Shown here piece after piece: positions 17,270-31,805 of a stretch of 64,000 nt of DNA. The translations under genes and the position numbers were made by a program. The DNA lies in the IMG/VR virus record IMGVR_UViG_3300026116_000008; one strand, written 5' to 3'. This DNA comes from an uncultured virus (IMG/VR IMGVR_UViG_3300026116_000008). Taxonomy: Duplodnaviria > Heunggongvirae > Uroviricota > Caudoviricetes. The notes beneath the pieces are model-generated. The model saw only the letters and a list, made by a program, of their open reading frames with translations, ran no database searches and was not told the origin of the DNA. Every line of letters begins with the position of its first letter. Position 1 is the first letter of the stretch.

Positions 17270-19540
17270 CTATACCTGTGCGAGTTCTTTTACCGTGGTT
17301 GCGACCTGCATGTTGGAGACGTCGACCCGCCCCTCGATCTCAAACTGCCACCTTTCCCCCTTGATACCAGAGAAAATCCGCAGGAGCTCGCCCGTTCTGC
17401 GAATTTCACGCGTGCACCAGAGTTCATCGTCGACGTAGACGCGGACGATGCCGTACTGGTTCGCGCCCAGAACCAGCTGCGGGTACGTTTCGTCGCGAGC
17501 GATTTGCGCCGGCGTGGTATCGAGCGGGCTGAACCAGACCTTGATGGCTTCGAAGTTGCGCTTGGCCGACTGCTGGTAGATTTTGGACCGCCACTTGTAA
17601 GAAACGATTTCCGGGTTCTGGTCGGAAAAGTCGTAATAATAGACAGCCCCGTTCTGCACCAAGAGCCCGACGCCGGTCCACGGATCGACCTGCAGGTTGG
17701 CGATGTTGAAGCCGTTCGGGCTCGTCATGAGGTTGAGCCCGAGCCGGTGCCCGCCCGCCTGCGGCCAGATGGTGAACGACGTCTTGTCTTCAGACGACAG
17801 TTCGAGCGTGAACCCGCGCTGAATGGCGCCCCCCGGTTCGTCCGAGCCGAACGCGAAGTATGCCGTCGCCAGCTTGATCGCGCGCACGTCACCTTGCGGC
17901 ACGTACTTTTTCCACTGCTCGCGCGTGATCCATCCTTCGGTCACGTTGAGGCCGGCACCGGACTGACTGATCTGGATCAATCCGTTCTCGCTGACGTAGA
18001 GCACCGCGGTGTCGGTCGCGACGATCGAGCCGCGATGAATGCACGGCTCCGTCAGGTTGATCTTGGTGATCGACATGGACGCCGGGTTGACGCCGCTCAC
18101 GAGGTACGGCGTGCCCTTCGTGCAGACGACGATCGACTGGCCGGCAACGCCAATGCCGACGATGGGGAATTCCGTGGTGAGCACGTAGCCCGGCGGCCAT
18201 GCATGTGGCCGGTACGCTTCCGAGAACCAGACTTCGTTTTCCCGGAAGCCGACCGCGACGCCGTTGGGGAAGTCGACGATGGCCTGCAGGTCTTCCGGTG
18301 GAGGAAACCAGTAAAGCGACAGCAGTTGCGAGTTCAGCGCGACGACGTCGTCTTCGGACTGATCGACGTAGACGCCTTGCGCGACCGGAACTTCCGCGAC
18401 GAGAAAATAGGTGCCGACGCCGGCCTGACTGGTGACGGTGCGGTAAATGCGCGTCTTCGTGATGTTGCGCTTGGCGCCGACACCGCCGAGATTTTCGGCT
18501 TCCGGCTGGAAGAGCGTGATCGTCCACGTCGCGTTCGACCAGCCATTGACGATGACCGGTTCGGATGGCGGCCCCTCTTCGTCGTATTCCGTCACCCACG
18601 TATAAACATAGCCGCGGGCTTCGAACACGGACGCGCCGACAAGGTTGGCCCAGATACGCAGCGTCGTGTCGTGCGCCAGATCGACCGGGTTGATGCTCTC
18701 CGGGGCGCCGTTGGTGAAGGTCGTGACGACCGATCGCGTGAGGGTGGTGTTGTCCGCGGTCTCAAGCGTGAAGGCTTTGTCGGACATGACCGCGATCCAG
18801 TATGTCACGTTCGCGGTAACGGACACGCTGTTCTCGAACGGCAGGGTCTGCGTGACCTGCGACAGGTCGCAGATGATCGGGTTCGTTTGCGAAATGAGCT
18901 CGAACGGGTGCCCGTTCAAATCGCTGTACACCGCGCCGATCATCGTGATCACGGTGTTGTCGACCGCTGCCGGGTTACAGGCGATGCTCTGCAGCAACAG
19001 CGATCCGGTCGACACCATGGGCACGAACGTGATGTAGTTGCCGCCGACGTACTTCGAGCCGATGGCGTTTTCAGACACGTTCGGGAAACCGGCAGAGGTC
19101 GTGTCGCCGCCGCCTTCCACCATCACGCCGGGCGTGCATCCGGACTGCGGCACGCCGAGCCACCATGGCTCCAGCCCGTCGGCGTTGCGCTGGTAAGTCG
19201 TGTAGCGCGGACTGCGCGACGGACTGCCGAAGTAATAGCGCTGGTAGATGTCCTGCACGACGGGCGAGTGCATCACCGTGGTGTCCGGATCAGCGAACTC
19301 CAGCTGGAAGCAATCGTCCGCCAGAATGTTGGTGTTCTTGGTGTCTTTATTCGGAATTCGGTACGTGAATTTGGAAGTAACGTCTCGAAGTTGGCGCAAG
19401 ACTTTAGGCTTCCGCCACCCGGTCAACGTGCCCGAGTAAAGGTACGCGTTGAGCGAGTAGGCGGCTTGGCCTTCCGGCAGCAGGCTTTCGTCCCACGCAG
19501 GGAGCATGCCGCCGAACTTGTCCAACTTCAAAGACGTCAT
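17270..19540 (-). CDS. Tail nozzle / tubular protein B-like (beta-propeller)
   Basis: MTSLKLDKFGGM start, YVYTWV..EEGPPS, WFSEAYRPHAWP, YKWRSK motifs; position before ejection genes. Confidence 0.7.
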   Translation of the reverse strand: MTSLKLDKFGGMLPAWDESLLPEGQAAYSLNAYLYSGTLTGWRKPKVLRQLRDVTSKFTYRIPNKDTKNTNILADDCFQLEFADPDTTVMHSPVVQDIYQRYYFGSPSRSPRYTTYQRNADGLEPWWLGVPQSGCTPGVMVEGGGDTTSAGFPNVSENAIGSKYVGGNYITFVPMVSTGSLLLQSIACNPAAVDNTVITMIGAVYSDLNGHPFELISQTNPIICDLSQVTQTLPFENSVSVTANVTYWIAVMSDKAFTLETADNTTLTRSVVTTFTNGAPESINPVDLAHDTTLRIWANLVGASVFEARGYVYTWVTEYDEEGPPSEPVIVNGWSNATWTITLFQPEAENLGGVGAKRNITKTRIYRTVTSQAGVGTYFLVAEVPVAQGVYVDQSEDDVVALNSQLLSLYWFPPPEDLQAIVDFPNGVAVGFRENEVWFSEAYRPHAWPPGYVLTTEFPIVGIGVAGQSIVVCTKGTPYLVSGVNPASMSITKINLTEPCIHRGSIVATDTAVLYVSENGLIQISQSGAGLNVTEGWITREQWKKYVPQGDVRAIKLATAYFAFGSDEPGGAIQRGFTLELSSEDKTSFTIWPQAGGHRLGLNLMTSPNGFNIANLQVDPWTGVGLLVQNGAVYYYDFSDQNPEIVSYKWRSKIYQQSAKRNFEAIKVWFSPLDTTPAQIARDETYPQLVLGANQYGIVRVYVDDELWCTREIRRTGELLRIFSGIKGERWQFEIEGRVDVSNMQVATTVKELAQV

Positions 19541-19633
19541 CGGATAGTCGCCTTCGACACCGTGAATACTTCGTTCATGCCGGGGTTAGAGACATAGACC
19601 GGCGTAGTGGTGGGTAGGGTTTTTGGCCCCAGC

Positions 19634-20014
19634 TTATTTTTTCCCCCCATCCGTCTCGTCGACGGTTGCAGCATTTCCTCGGAGGGCGCGGGCGGCTCTG
19701 TCCATCTCCTCGTGCCGCTTGACGGTCTTGGCGCCGGCCTGCTGTTCGAGCTCAAGCCGCTTCTTCTGGCGCTCGCTCAACGGCGGCATCTCCACTGCCG
19801 GTTTCTGTTCGGCTTCCGCGCGCATCGCGCGGATACGATCGAGCAGCTGGTCGCGCGTCTCGCCATCGACCACCGGGCCCTTGAAGTCTGCGATCTCCTG
19901 CTCTTCGGCCTTCGTCTTGGCTTCGGCCGCCATGGCCGCGCGGCGTTCCTCGTTGTGGACTTCGCTGTCGGTCTTCTGGTCGTTCTTCTGGTCGTCGGTC
20001 TTTTTAGCGGCCAT
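19634..20014 (-). CDS. Charged helical hypothetical protein
   Basis: AGGAG RBS; 126 aa. Confidence 0.65.
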   Translation of the reverse strand: MAAKKTDDQKNDQKTDSEVHNEERRAAMAAEAKTKAEEQEIADFKGPVVDGETRDQLLDRIRAMRAEAEQKPAVEMPPLSERQKKRLELEQQAGAKTVKRHEEMDRAARALRGNAATVDETDGGKK

Positions 20015-20024
20015 CGTGGTGCTC

Positions 20025-20407
20025 CTATGGTGCTACGCAGTTGAAGATGATCGTGTCGTTTTTGATGTTGCCGAGCTTGTCGGTCATCGTGAGCAAGAGC
20101 TTTGTCTTCTCGTTGGCTTCACCGCCAGAGATATAAAAGACAATCTCGTCGCCGAGAACCTCCACATTGCCGATCGTAAAAATATCGTTGTCCGCGACAA
20201 CGTCGATCTGGTCGATTTTCGACGTGTTCGCCAGCCAGTGCGCGTAACTGACGATCCAGCGCTTGGTGTCGCCGGCGGTGTGGGTCCTGCTCCCGATCAG
20301 CATTTTGTCCTCGATCTCGATAAGCCGTATTTCAACAGGGACTTCGATTTCCCGGTCTTCGCCCGGGATCAGCAGACACCGATCTTCCTCCGGGATTACA
20401 AAATCGC

Positions 20408-20411
<4 letters not shown>
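20025..20411 (-). CDS. Putative fibre-tail adaptor protein
   Basis: GTG start overlapping upstream TGA; beta-rich C-terminal domain; next to fibre genes. Confidence 0.5.
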
Positions 20412-21948
<1,537 letters not shown>

Positions 21949-21949
<1 letters not shown>

Positions 21950-22689
21950 CAGAGCTCCATCATCAGATACGTGACGTCTCGAACGGCAGCGCCAACACCG
22001 CTCGAAGATTTCACCGAGAGATTGATCCAGTACGACTGGAAGAACGGGTAGACGTCGGTCGCCTCCGGCGTGAGCTCCACGGTACCGAGCAAAGCAAAAG
22101 GAATGGTTAAGCCCGGGGCGGAAACTTCCAGCGGAAGGCTGACCTCAGTGCCGTACGCGGGATCGCCGCGGCTGGGGTAGTCGTCCGTGGCGGCGTTCGC
22201 CACCCGGATGGTCACGATGGTGCCGCCGTTGTCCGTGTTCAGCGCGGTGCCCGTGACGATGAACAGCATGCGTCCGGACGTCTGCGGGATGAAACTCGCC
22301 GCCTGCCCGAGCATGCGTTCGATCGTGTCGACGCCGGTGATGAAGTCTTGGTTGATCGGGTCTTTGTAAATATTGAAGCGCTGGTTGTCAGGATAATAGT
22401 CCAAGAACCCTGACGGACCCGTCGGGCCGGTGGGGCCCGTAGACCCGGCACTGCCGGGCGGACCCGTCGGCCCCGTGGGGCCGGTGAGTGCAGCGTCAGC
22501 GCCGGCAGGGCCGGTCGGACCGATCGCGCCGGTCGGACCGGTGACGCCGGTCGCACCGGTTGGACCGGTGACATCGGCGCCGGTCGGGCCCGTCGGACCC
22601 GTCAAGCCGCCGTTCGGGCCGGTCGGACCGCCGAGCACGACGGTCGGCACGGTCATGATCTGCGCGCGGACTACTTTTTGGATGGTCAC
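21949..22689 (-). CDS. Short collagen-like virion protein
   Basis: GPT repeats followed by beta-rich globular domain. Confidence 0.75.
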
Positions 22690-23402
22690 ACCGGCACCTC
22701 GAAGATCGTCGCGGTGATGTTGGTAAGCGATCCGCCGTTCGGGTCAAAGCTGCTCGTGCCGGAAATGCCCGCCAAATCGAACCAGCGGTCTCCCAGCGTC
22801 GTGGTGGTGTTGATGCGTTGCATGAACGAACAGAACACCGGAATTTTTTTGTTGGTCCCGTCTGGAAACAGGATCGACGTGTACGACGCGTTCACGGAAT
22901 TGTTCGGGTAGCCGCCGAACACGCCCGGTGCCGGCCCCGGGCCGCTGCCAGTGATGATGCCGCACTTGAACAGTTTGTTCACGGTGTCGGTGAACTGCGC
23001 GGTGAAAAACGCGAACAGATAGCTGCCGTTTTCTCCGCCTTTTACTTCGTACCGGAAATTGCAGCCCGCGCTCACACTGAGCGGCGTGAAGCCGCTGTAG
23101 CCGCTGATGTTCTCGCCATAGGCGAAATAGCTGTCGTCCGGAACAAGTAAAAATCGTCCTTTCGAGCCCCGCGGGCCTTGTGCGCCGAACGCAGACGCAG
23201 GCCCGAGCTTTCCAGTCGCACCCATCAACGCCGCGTAGACACCAGCCATGCCGGCCAAGCCTGTCGCACCGTGCCGCCCGATCGCGCCCATGGGCCCGTC
23301 GGGGCCGAGCAACCCCAGCGCGGCAGGGCCAGTCGGTCCCTGTCGGCCGATCGCAGGGCCTTCCGGACCGCTGACGATGCGAACGAGTTCAGCGCGCATC
23401 AA
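22686..23402 (-). CDS. Short degenerate collagen-like virion protein
   Basis: Gly-X-Y triplets then beta-rich domain; overlaps both neighbours. Confidence 0.7.
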   Translation of the reverse strand: MMRAELVRIVSGPEGPAIGRQGPTGPAALGLLGPDGPMGAIGRHGATGLAGMAGVYAALMGATGKLGPASAFGAQGPRGSKGRFLLVPDDSYFAYGENISGYSGFTPLSVSAGCNFRYEVKGGENGSYLFAFFTAQFTDTVNKLFKCGIITGSGPGPAPGVFGGYPNNSVNASYTSILFPDGTNKKIPVFCSFMQRINTTTTLGDRWFDLAGISGTSSFDPNGGSLTNITATIFEVPV

Positions 23403-24343
23403 CGAAGCCCTATGATCGGATAGCCGTTGGTGAACGAAAACGTCGCCGCTGAATTCGCCGTGTAGTCGTCGTTGCCCGTGAGATCGGGGAAATCACCTTC
23501 GTCGAAGGTGGCGTCGTAGGTGAGATTGTGCAGCAGCCTTTCCCAGCCGCTCGACGTGCAGCGGAGACCGAGTGTCTGAATTGCGTAGCTTCCCGGAAAC
23601 GATTTGAATTGAAGGTCCGTGCCGCACCAGATTGCGAGATAGTAAGGCTTCGGCGAGAGCGCAGCGCTGATCGTGACCGTCATCAGGTCCATGACCGGCA
23701 CGAGGTTGCCGCTGTCCACGACGGGGACCGTCGGGTGCATTTCTTCGTCGCAGTCATAAATTCCTAGCCGAAATCTCGCCGCAGGATCAGCCTGATACGA
23801 CTGGATGGCGAGCTTCGTGTAGACGCGCCCGTACGGAATAAAGACAGGAATGAGGGTGATCACATCCGGCGACACGATGGTCGTGCCGAGCGGGATGTTC
23901 GGCCCAGTCGGCATGACCAGATACGTGTTCGCGTCGGCGTAGAGCGGCACGCCGATGCCGGCGATGTTGCCCGCACCGAGCGGACCGACTGGTCCGGCCG
24001 GACCCGTTGGTCCTGTCGCGGGACCGTCTATGCCTGTCGCGCCGACAACACCCGTTGGCCCCGTCGGACCGGTGTAGCCGATCGCACCTTGCTCGCCGGT
24101 CGGGCCTATCGGGCCGGCGCCGAACGGGCCTGTCTGTCCGGTTGCTCCCGTCGGACCGGTGGCGCCGTCTTCTCCTGCAGGGCCGGTCCCCATCGGGCCG
24201 GTCGGTCCGGTGTACCCCGTCGGCCCCGTGAGAGACACATCGCCTTGCGCGCCGGTTGGGCCCGTCGGACCGAAGCCGGGCCCGGTGGGGCCGCCGACGA
24301 CCCGAACCGGCTTCGCATAGATGATGGTTGGCCCGTCTGTCAT
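23399..24343 (-). CDS. Collagen-like virion protein (paralogue of 24340-25302)
   Basis: GPT repeats; [33 protein letters not shown]. Confidence 0.75.
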   Translation of the reverse strand: MTDGPTIIYAKPVRVVGGPTGPGFGPTGPTGAQGDVSLTGPTGYTGPTGPMGTGPAGEDGATGPTGATGQTGPFGAGPIGPTGEQGAIGYTGPTGPTGVVGATGIDGPATGPTGPAGPVGPLGAGNIAGIGVPLYADANTYLVMPTGPNIPLGTTIVSPDVITLIPVFIPYGRVYTKLAIQSYQADPAARFRLGIYDCDEEMHPTVPVVDSGNLVPVMDLMTVTISAALSPKPYYLAIWCGTDLQFKSFPGSYAIQTLGLRCTSSGWERLLHNLTYDATFDEGDFPDLTGNDDYTANSAATFSFTNGYPIIGLR

Positions 24344-25302
24344 CGGATACCGATCAGGAAATTGGAATTGCTGTCGACGAGGGTCTTACCAGTAAGGTCC
24401 GGCAGGGGAGAACTAAAACTTGCACCGCCGGTGTAGTTGCGCGCGACGATGTTCGTCGACCACTGTTCGGCAGTTGCTGGCGGGTAGCGTTTCCAGCCCA
24501 GCACCGGAAGGATTTGCGCGCTGTTGAGGGCGCGGAAATTGTGACCGAACTCGACTTCCAGCGCCAGATAGTACGGCTTTGCGGCCAACGCGACGCTCAT
24601 CACCGCGCTCATGCGCCCCGCGCCGATCGGCGTCATCGCGCCGCTGTCAAACGCAACCGTCGTCGGCTGCATGTTTTCGTCGCAGTTGTAAATTCCCATG
24701 CGCATGCGTACCGACGGCAGGCGCGCACTCTGGCTCTCGCATACGATCTGCGTATAGGTGCGCGCGAACGGCACGAACACGGGCGAGAGCGCGATCGCTC
24801 CGCTCGCCAAGGCGCCGTACCCCCACGAAGAACTGCCCGCTATGGGCGTCATCGGCGAAACCAAGAACGCTTCGCTGTCGCCGAAGAACGGCACGATCGT
24901 CCCGCCGACATTGCCCGTCCCCGTGAGCCCGGTCGTACCGGTTATCCCTCGCGGCCCTCCGCCTCTGCCCTGCGCACCCGTGCGGCCCATCGGACCTGTA
25001 TTGCCCGTGGGGCCGTCCAGCCCTTGGTCGCCGGCGTAACCTGTGGGGCCGAGCGTGTCGCTGTTGCCGCGAGGCCCTGTTGCTCCGCGCGGACCGGTCA
25101 CACCGGTTGCCTTCGAAGCACCGGTCGGGCCCGTCGCGCCCATCTCGCCTTGCACGCCAGTCACGCCGGTCGGACCAGTCGGCGCGCGTGCGCCAGTCGG
25201 ACCAGTCGATCCGGTTATATTAGACACGGGGCCGGTGGCCCCCGTGATCGCTATCGACGGAAGTTGGTAGACACGCGCAGGATCATCGCGCGTGATCGTC
25301 AT
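24340..25302 (-). CDS. Collagen-like virion protein (paralogue of 23399-24343)
   Basis: GPT repeats; [33 protein letters not shown]. Confidence 0.75.
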   Translation of the reverse strand: MTITRDDPARVYQLPSIAITGATGPVSNITGSTGPTGARAPTGPTGVTGVQGEMGATGPTGASKATGVTGPRGATGPRGNSDTLGPTGYAGDQGLDGPTGNTGPMGRTGAQGRGGGPRGITGTTGLTGTGNVGGTIVPFFGDSEAFLVSPMTPIAGSSSWGYGALASGAIALSPVFVPFARTYTQIVCESQSARLPSVRMRMGIYNCDENMQPTTVAFDSGAMTPIGAGRMSAVMSVALAAKPYYLALEVEFGHNFRALNSAQILPVLGWKRYPPATAEQWSTNIVARNYTGGASFSSPLPDLTGKTLVDSNSNFLIGIR

Positions 25303-28300
25303 GCGGGCAGCCAGTCGTCATGGTTGATCCAGCCCGTGGTGCCGTCGCAATCGAGGTAGAGCTCCCATGCGCCGTCATCGGTCGCCGTCGACGTTACGCC
25401 GACCAGCTGCTCCCACGTTCCTGTGCTCGCGCTGCCGGTGGCGAGAACAACATCGGAGTTTTGCCCCATCGCGGAATTCGCACGCTGCATGAGGCGAATT
25501 TGGTTTCCGTTGTACGCCGCGCCGTCGCCGGCAGCGGACTTGCGCACGTACACCGACACGGATGCCGACGCGCCGCTGTTGCAAGCTACGAGGAAGCCAC
25601 GGTGCTTGGCTGCGCTTTTCAATTTGTTGGACGCACTGCTTGGCGTCATGCGCGCAGACGGTGACGCCGTCTTGTAAATCGTGCTGTCCGTCTTGATCTG
25701 TCCGTACTTCAGGTCGGTGCGATGATCTCCCGCGGTCTTGTTGTATTTCTGATGCGTGAAGAAGCCGTCTTCAGTCCAGTCGGCCTTAACGCTGCCGCCA
25801 AAGACGGTAGTCGGAAAACGACAGTTGTTTGCAAAGCCCTCTACTTGGGCGTACTGGCTCGCAGAAGCTATGCTGAAACCAGCAATCGAAGGAGGGGCAT
25901 AAATACCCGTGCCGGGGTTCATGTCCACGTCAATGAATTCAAATCTCTGGAGAGCCCCATACTGCGAATATATCGCGTAGGTTGGAGTGTACGTGGTATC
26001 GCCGCACAGTATTCCCGTGGATATGTTCAGAGCATCCACGTAGGCGTAAATGCAGGGGGACGCCGTTCCAAAGATCGTTAGGTTCGTAAATTTTACGCTT
26101 GCAGTATTGATGCCCGCGCTGAATTGAATTCCGTACCCGTTGTGTCTCCAGATGGTCAGGCCATCGATGATACCGTTCAGTCCGGTCGCCTGAAAAAGAG
26201 AACCGGGACCGCCACCAGAATGCGTAAGGTTATTCTGGAACGTTCCAATATTGTAAAGAGATATAGTCGCCTGACTGATATTAAATCCTGAACTCGTGCT
26301 GGAACCACTCCCGACGGAAGTGTTGTTGGTGATGGTTCCTACCAATCCATCAGTAAAGCTAAAGCCGCTGCCGGTGCTGTAGCCTCCTGCGAGCATGTTT
26401 ACGTTGTTGTCGAATGTATAATCGGCGTTAGTGACTTGGCCGACCAACGCGAACGGACCAGAATTCCATCCCATGCAATAGCTGATATTGGCGTTAACGG
26501 TGGTTACACCCGCGTCTATGTAGACAGTGTTGCTCTCGCCATCGTGGATGGAGCAATAGGACATCGTTTTCGCGTTGGCTAGCGTAGCCTCTCCGTCGAA
26601 TTCTACGCCTCTCTTGTTGTTCGTGCTGGCAGAACCGCCCAAGAAGTAAAATTCCGCCCACGATGCGTTGAACGTAGCGCGCGAGTTGGCGTACACGTAC
26701 GCCATGTTCGACGATGACGTCGAACATATCTTCACGTTCCGGGTGAGCAGAATGACTTCGGCCTGTATGGGCGAGCTACCGCTATGCGTGAAGGTCGGAT
26801 ACAGCACTGTCGTAAACGAGGAAACGCCCGCGTCGGCAGAAATAAGGAACAGTTCACATTCAGTGTTCGTCATAGACGTAGACGCAACGGCAACCAGATC
26901 GCCCGACTTCCATCCCGTGTCTTGGCTGATATTCCAAGTGGTCGTGGCAGGGATCGAGGAAGCGACGATCAACGCTACGTGGCTGTAAATGAAGCACTGC
27001 GTGGTGTCGCCAGCGTAGGACGTGGTACCGGCAGCGGAGCAGGCTAGGAAACCAATACCCGGAGTGGTTACCGTGCTGCTGGAGATGCTGCCGCTGATCT
27101 TGATGACATATCCGGTGCCATAGGCCGCGATGCTCGCCGATGGAGAGCCACCCGTGCCGAAGGCAGTTGGCGTGCCAATGGTGCCAGCCTGAAGGTCCAC
27201 GTCGACGTAGACGCCGGTCGTGTGGCTGCCCACGGCAACCGCGTTGCCAAGCTGCACGCGCACGTAACGATTGCGCGTTCCGCTGCCTCGATTGAGCACA
27301 ATCTGCCCGGACAGAACGGTGTTTCCTGTGATGCTCGCACCGGAAGTTCCGTATCCATACCCGTGATTGCCATTGGTGGTGTTATCAGTATACGCGCCAT
27401 TGATGATCGAACCTTCCGGTCCAAGCGCGCTGGGGACGGAGAGGACCGAACCGTTGGTCGAGCTAGTGGTGGTCCAGATGCTCGCGCATGTAACGTCCGC
27501 CGTGAGCAGCGCCTTGACGATGTTCTTTCCGCTCGTGCGGGAAAGGCCCTTTATGTTGACTACACCGCCGAGAATATTAAGTCCAAAATCGTTATCCGCA
27601 GACACGGGCTGCATCTTTAACGCGGCAGTGCTGTCGCGCGGTATCTCCGCGCCGTTCGAACCCATGTTCAACGTGCCGCCCTCGTAGACGTACACGTCCC
27701 CGGCCACTTGGAGCAGGTAATTCGTCGCAGCCGTTGTTCCGTAAGTCAGCGTGCCCCATTGGCCAACCGCGACAAGTCCGCCGTAGACGGTCGTGGAGTT
27801 CACGCTGCCGCTGCCGTAGACGGTTGCCGCAGTGCTGTCCATCGTGACTGCGCGAGCGTTATGCGTGCCCGCTCCGGTCAACTCTCCGACGATAATCAAG
27901 TTGTCAGCCGCCGCAGCAGTTGCGGCGGTGGTCGTACGCAGCGCACGGGTCCAGTCGTTGGTGGTGCCGGAATTACGACTAAGGACGACAGTAGCCGAGC
28001 CGGTACCGGCCACGGTCGTAAGAACAATGGTCCAGTTCGAACCACCGTCTCCGGTGGCCGTGCTTGTAAATTTAAAGACAACAGGTATAGGCGTCGCAAA
28101 AGACGGCGCGGGTAAATCGGACTTATTAACGGTCACGGTTGCCTGCGAAACACCGCCCTTCTGCAAATCGACCTTGAACGTTCCGGTACCGGCGGTGCCG
28201 TTGCAGTAAAGAAACAGCAATATTCCGTCGATCACCTTGGCGTTTGTCACCGTGAAGGTAGGCGACGTTAGCGTCGTCGCGTTGGCCATCGTGACGTTGT

Positions 28301-28400
28301 TCGCCCGGATCATCGCCAACGCAGACGCGCCGGTCTCCGTCGCGGCAAACGTAGACGCGCCCGTAAGATTGCCGTCAGCGTTGGCGATCAGTGTGGCCAT
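25299..28400 (-). CDS. Tailspike/receptor-binding protein, probable right-handed beta-helix
   Basis: ~1033 aa Thr/Gly/Ser/Asn-rich beta protein; [12 protein letters not shown] and Asn-ladder-like repeats; within fibre cluster. Confidence 0.6.
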   Translation of the reverse strand: MATLIANADGNLTGASTFAATETGASALAMIRANNVTMANATTLTSPTFTVTNAKVIDGILLFLYCNGTAGTGTFKVDLQKGGVSQATVTVNKSDLPAPSFATPIPVVFKFTSTATGDGGSNWTIVLTTVAGTGSATVVLSRNSGTTNDWTRALRTTTAATAAAADNLIIVGELTGAGTHNARAVTMDSTAATVYGSGSVNSTTVYGGLVAVGQWGTLTYGTTAATNYLLQVAGDVYVYEGGTLNMGSNGAEIPRDSTAALKMQPVSADNDFGLNILGGVVNIKGLSRTSGKNIVKALLTADVTCASIWTTTSSTNGSVLSVPSALGPEGSIINGAYTDNTTNGNHGYGYGTSGASITGNTVLSGQIVLNRGSGTRNRYVRVQLGNAVAVGSHTTGVYVDVDLQAGTIGTPTAFGTGGSPSASIAAYGTGYVIKISGSISSSTVTTPGIGFLACSAAGTTSYAGDTTQCFIYSHVALIVASSIPATTTWNISQDTGWKSGDLVAVASTSMTNTECELFLISADAGVSSFTTVLYPTFTHSGSSPIQAEVILLTRNVKICSTSSSNMAYVYANSRATFNASWAEFYFLGGSASTNNKRGVEFDGEATLANAKTMSYCSIHDGESNTVYIDAGVTTVNANISYCMGWNSGPFALVGQVTNADYTFDNNVNMLAGGYSTGSGFSFTDGLVGTITNNTSVGSGSSTSSGFNISQATISLYNIGTFQNNLTHSGGGPGSLFQATGLNGIIDGLTIWRHNGYGIQFSAGINTASVKFTNLTIFGTASPCIYAYVDALNISTGILCGDTTYTPTYAIYSQYGALQRFEFIDVDMNPGTGIYAPPSIAGFSIASASQYAQVEGFANNCRFPTTVFGGSVKADWTEDGFFTHQKYNKTAGDHRTDLKYGQIKTDSTIYKTASPSARMTPSSASNKLKSAAKHRGFLVACNSGASASVSVYVRKSAAGDGAAYNGNQIRLMQRANSAMGQNSDVVLATGSASTGTWEQLVGVTSTATDDGAWELYLDCDGTTGWINHDDWLPA

Positions 28401-28576
28401 CAACCAGCCTTAAGCACGGGGCATGGAAGCCCGTTGAACCAATACTTCGTCGTCCCTGCGTCACGCGCGCCGATCTTGGTGCCCGGCAGGGGGAGACCGT
28501 TGAACCAGTAGCGCATGCTGTTGATCGTCACCGTCGTCGTGATGACCCAGAAAAATGGCTGGCTGTACGGCTGCAT
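28400..28576 (-). CDS. 58-aa protein with two YWFNGLP repeats (not in ORF track)
   Basis: MQPYSQPFFWVITTTVTINSMRYWFNGLPLPGTKIGARDAGTTKYWFNGLPCPVLKAG; fills the gap, TGATG coupling with tailspike start. Confidence 0.7.
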   Translation of the reverse strand: MQPYSQPFFWVITTTVTINSMRYWFNGLPLPGTKIGARDAGTTKYWFNGLPCPVLKAG

Positions 28577-28579
28577 CGA

Positions 28580-29965
<1,386 letters not shown>

Positions 29966-30355
29966 TCATGGATAGGTGACGCCCTGCACGACTTCCAGAA
30001 TGCCATGCATGAGCGGGACGCGAACGCTGTTCGCGTCGATCATCACGAGGTCGTAAACGTAGACCCCCGGGTCGAGCGCGGTGCGCAAGCTGGCGGCGTC
30101 GACGTCGAAGTGGATGACCCGCTGGATGTTGTCGTCTGTAATGATGCGACCGTTTCCGGTCGTTAAAGACAGAAGCGGCGCGCTGTCGTAGGCGTTGCGG
30201 CGAACGTGGAGCTCGAACGTGCAGCCGGTGAGCTCCCACGTCGTGTCGTCGAGATCGCCGAACTGGAAGGCGTCCGACCACGACCCGTTGTTGTCGACCG
30301 CAAGGTCGACCCGCGCGGACGTCGGGCTGTGGTTGTCGCCGCAAATATCGGTCAT
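29966..30355 (-). CDS. Putative fibre attachment/adaptor domain protein
   Basis: MTDICGD.. start overlapping upstream stop; WELTGCT, GVYVYDL, LMHG.L.V..GVT pattern. Confidence 0.55.
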   Translation of the reverse strand: MTDICGDNHSPTSARVDLAVDNNGSWSDAFQFGDLDDTTWELTGCTFELHVRRNAYDSAPLLSLTTGNGRIITDDNIQRVIHFDVDAASLRTALDPGVYVYDLVMIDANSVRVPLMHGILEVVQGVTYP

Positions 30356-30999
30356 CGCTGCGTCGTCGGGTGAACGTTGAACGTGCTCACTCCGCCCTTC
30401 TGACTTCTGGTCCGGAATGTCTGCGGGAAGGCCCACGCCTGCGCGCCGACGGTGTTGGCTTTGGTGGCGGCGACGCGTGCGTGCGCGCAACGATCGCGGA
30501 ATTTCAGGAGATGGTAGTTCGCCATCTGCGTGTTGCTGTAGCTCTGCCCCGGCATCAGCATCATGCTGCCGATCAGGCCGTGCTGGATGCCGACGCCATG
30601 GGTCGGCAGCACCCAGTCCGGGATGTAGGGCGGGTAGCAGCACAGCGGATCGTTGACGGTTTTGACCACCGTCGCCTGCATCATTTGTGCCTGCGTGTAT
30701 GGAAACTGAAACCGCACGGAGCCGACGTCCGGCATGATCGCCGCCTGCACGGTGCCGTACTGGTCGACCACATGGAGAAGCCGCAGGACGCGCCCTTGCG
30801 CGGGATAGAGCTTGTAGTCCTGCGCTTCCGGGACGACCTGAACCGGCAGCGTCTCGGTCCAGCAATTGGAGAGATCGAAAAACTGTTCGAGCGTCTCATA
30901 AAGCTGCACGCGCAGTTGCGCTTTCGAGACACCAGACAGATGCGCTTGAGCTTGCCCGAAAAGTTTCCGCCAGTAGTTGTCGCTCTTTTTCGCGGTCAT
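30352..30999 (-). CDS. Head-tail adaptor / tubular protein A-like
   Basis: 215 aa, two genes downstream of coat cluster. Confidence 0.55.
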   Translation of the reverse strand: MTAKKSDNYWRKLFGQAQAHLSGVSKAQLRVQLYETLEQFFDLSNCWTETLPVQVVPEAQDYKLYPAQGRVLRLLHVVDQYGTVQAAIMPDVGSVRFQFPYTQAQMMQATVVKTVNDPLCCYPPYIPDWVLPTHGVGIQHGLIGSMMLMPGQSYSNTQMANYHLLKFRDRCAHARVAATKANTVGAQAWAFPQTFRTRSQKGGVSTFNVHPTTQR

Positions 31000-31445
31000 C
31001 GACGTTCCTTACGGCCTTGCGGCGGCGAGCCGCCCTGCACGGGGCCAATGCCATGGCCGATGAGCCCGGTGGTAAACATTCCCAAAAAAGACGACGCGCG
31101 GCTGTCTTGAACATCTTCTTGATCGCGTTCAAGCGCGTGCGCGCAGAGCCCGTGCAGGACAGCGAGCCGGAATTGCGGCTCGATATCGACTGGCGTGTCG
31201 TCGACTTCCTCAAACGATTGGACCTGCCCGTCGAAATTATTCCAGACGAACAGGTCCGGACGCAGGCGGGAAGTTTCGAGCATCGTGATGTTGAGCGCCA
31301 CCAGCATGGACGGATCGTCGTAGCGGTAAGGCGCGATGGTGTCCTGAAGCAGCGTGCGCGCGTCGGCGACGTAGTCCGACACCTTGCGCAGCGTGGGCTG
31401 GTCTTCGTCGGTGAAATTGCCGTGGTATGAGGGGGTAACAGCCAT
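30996..31445 (-). CDS. Head-tail connector-like protein
   Basis: ARTLLQD...RYDD..L...LN...E..RLRPDL motif. Confidence 0.55.
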   Translation of the reverse strand: MAVTPSYHGNFTDEDQPTLRKVSDYVADARTLLQDTIAPYRYDDPSMLVALNITMLETSRLRPDLFVWNNFDGQVQSFEEVDDTPVDIEPQFRLAVLHGLCAHALERDQEDVQDSRASSFLGMFTTGLIGHGIGPVQGGSPPQGRKERR

Positions 31446-31484
31446 TACGCGCTCCGATCGCGGCCGAAGCGTACGGACCAAAAC

Positions 31485-31499
31485 TTAAGAAAGGCTTAA
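31485..31499. promoter_or_regulatory. CtrA box / late promoter
   Basis: TTAA-GAAAGGC-TTAA, intergenic, upstream of 31445 gene. Confidence 0.75.
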
Positions 31500-31559
31500 C
31501 CTACGCAGCGAGGCTCTCAACGCCGTTTGCACAGCGTTGAGAGATGTCGCGAAGGTCGT

Positions 31560-31799
31560 TCAGCCGGTGGCGCCGGACGTACCGGTGCCGAGCGCCAAGA
31601 GATTGCCGAGCGCGCCGCCGGTCGCGTAATACTGACTGATGGCGGAGCCGCTCGCGTGAGCCGCCGTGTAGAGTTGCCCCCACACACCGGCGGTCGCGTT
31701 GTACTGGTTGAGCGCGGTTGCGTTCAACCCGAACTCGTTGGCCAACGCCTTGGCGACGCCGCCAGCTGCGTACTGGTCGAGAGTTGGGTTTACGGCCAT
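31560..31799 (-). CDS. Small Ala/Gly-rich virion protein (decoration-like)
   Basis: Immediately after coat gene; internal repeat QYAAGG / QYNATAG / QYYATGG. Confidence 0.6.
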   Translation of the reverse strand: MAVNPTLDQYAAGGVAKALANEFGLNATALNQYNATAGVWGQLYTAAHASGSAISQYYATGGALGNLLALGTGTSGATG

Positions 31800-31805
31800 G
31801 GACTA

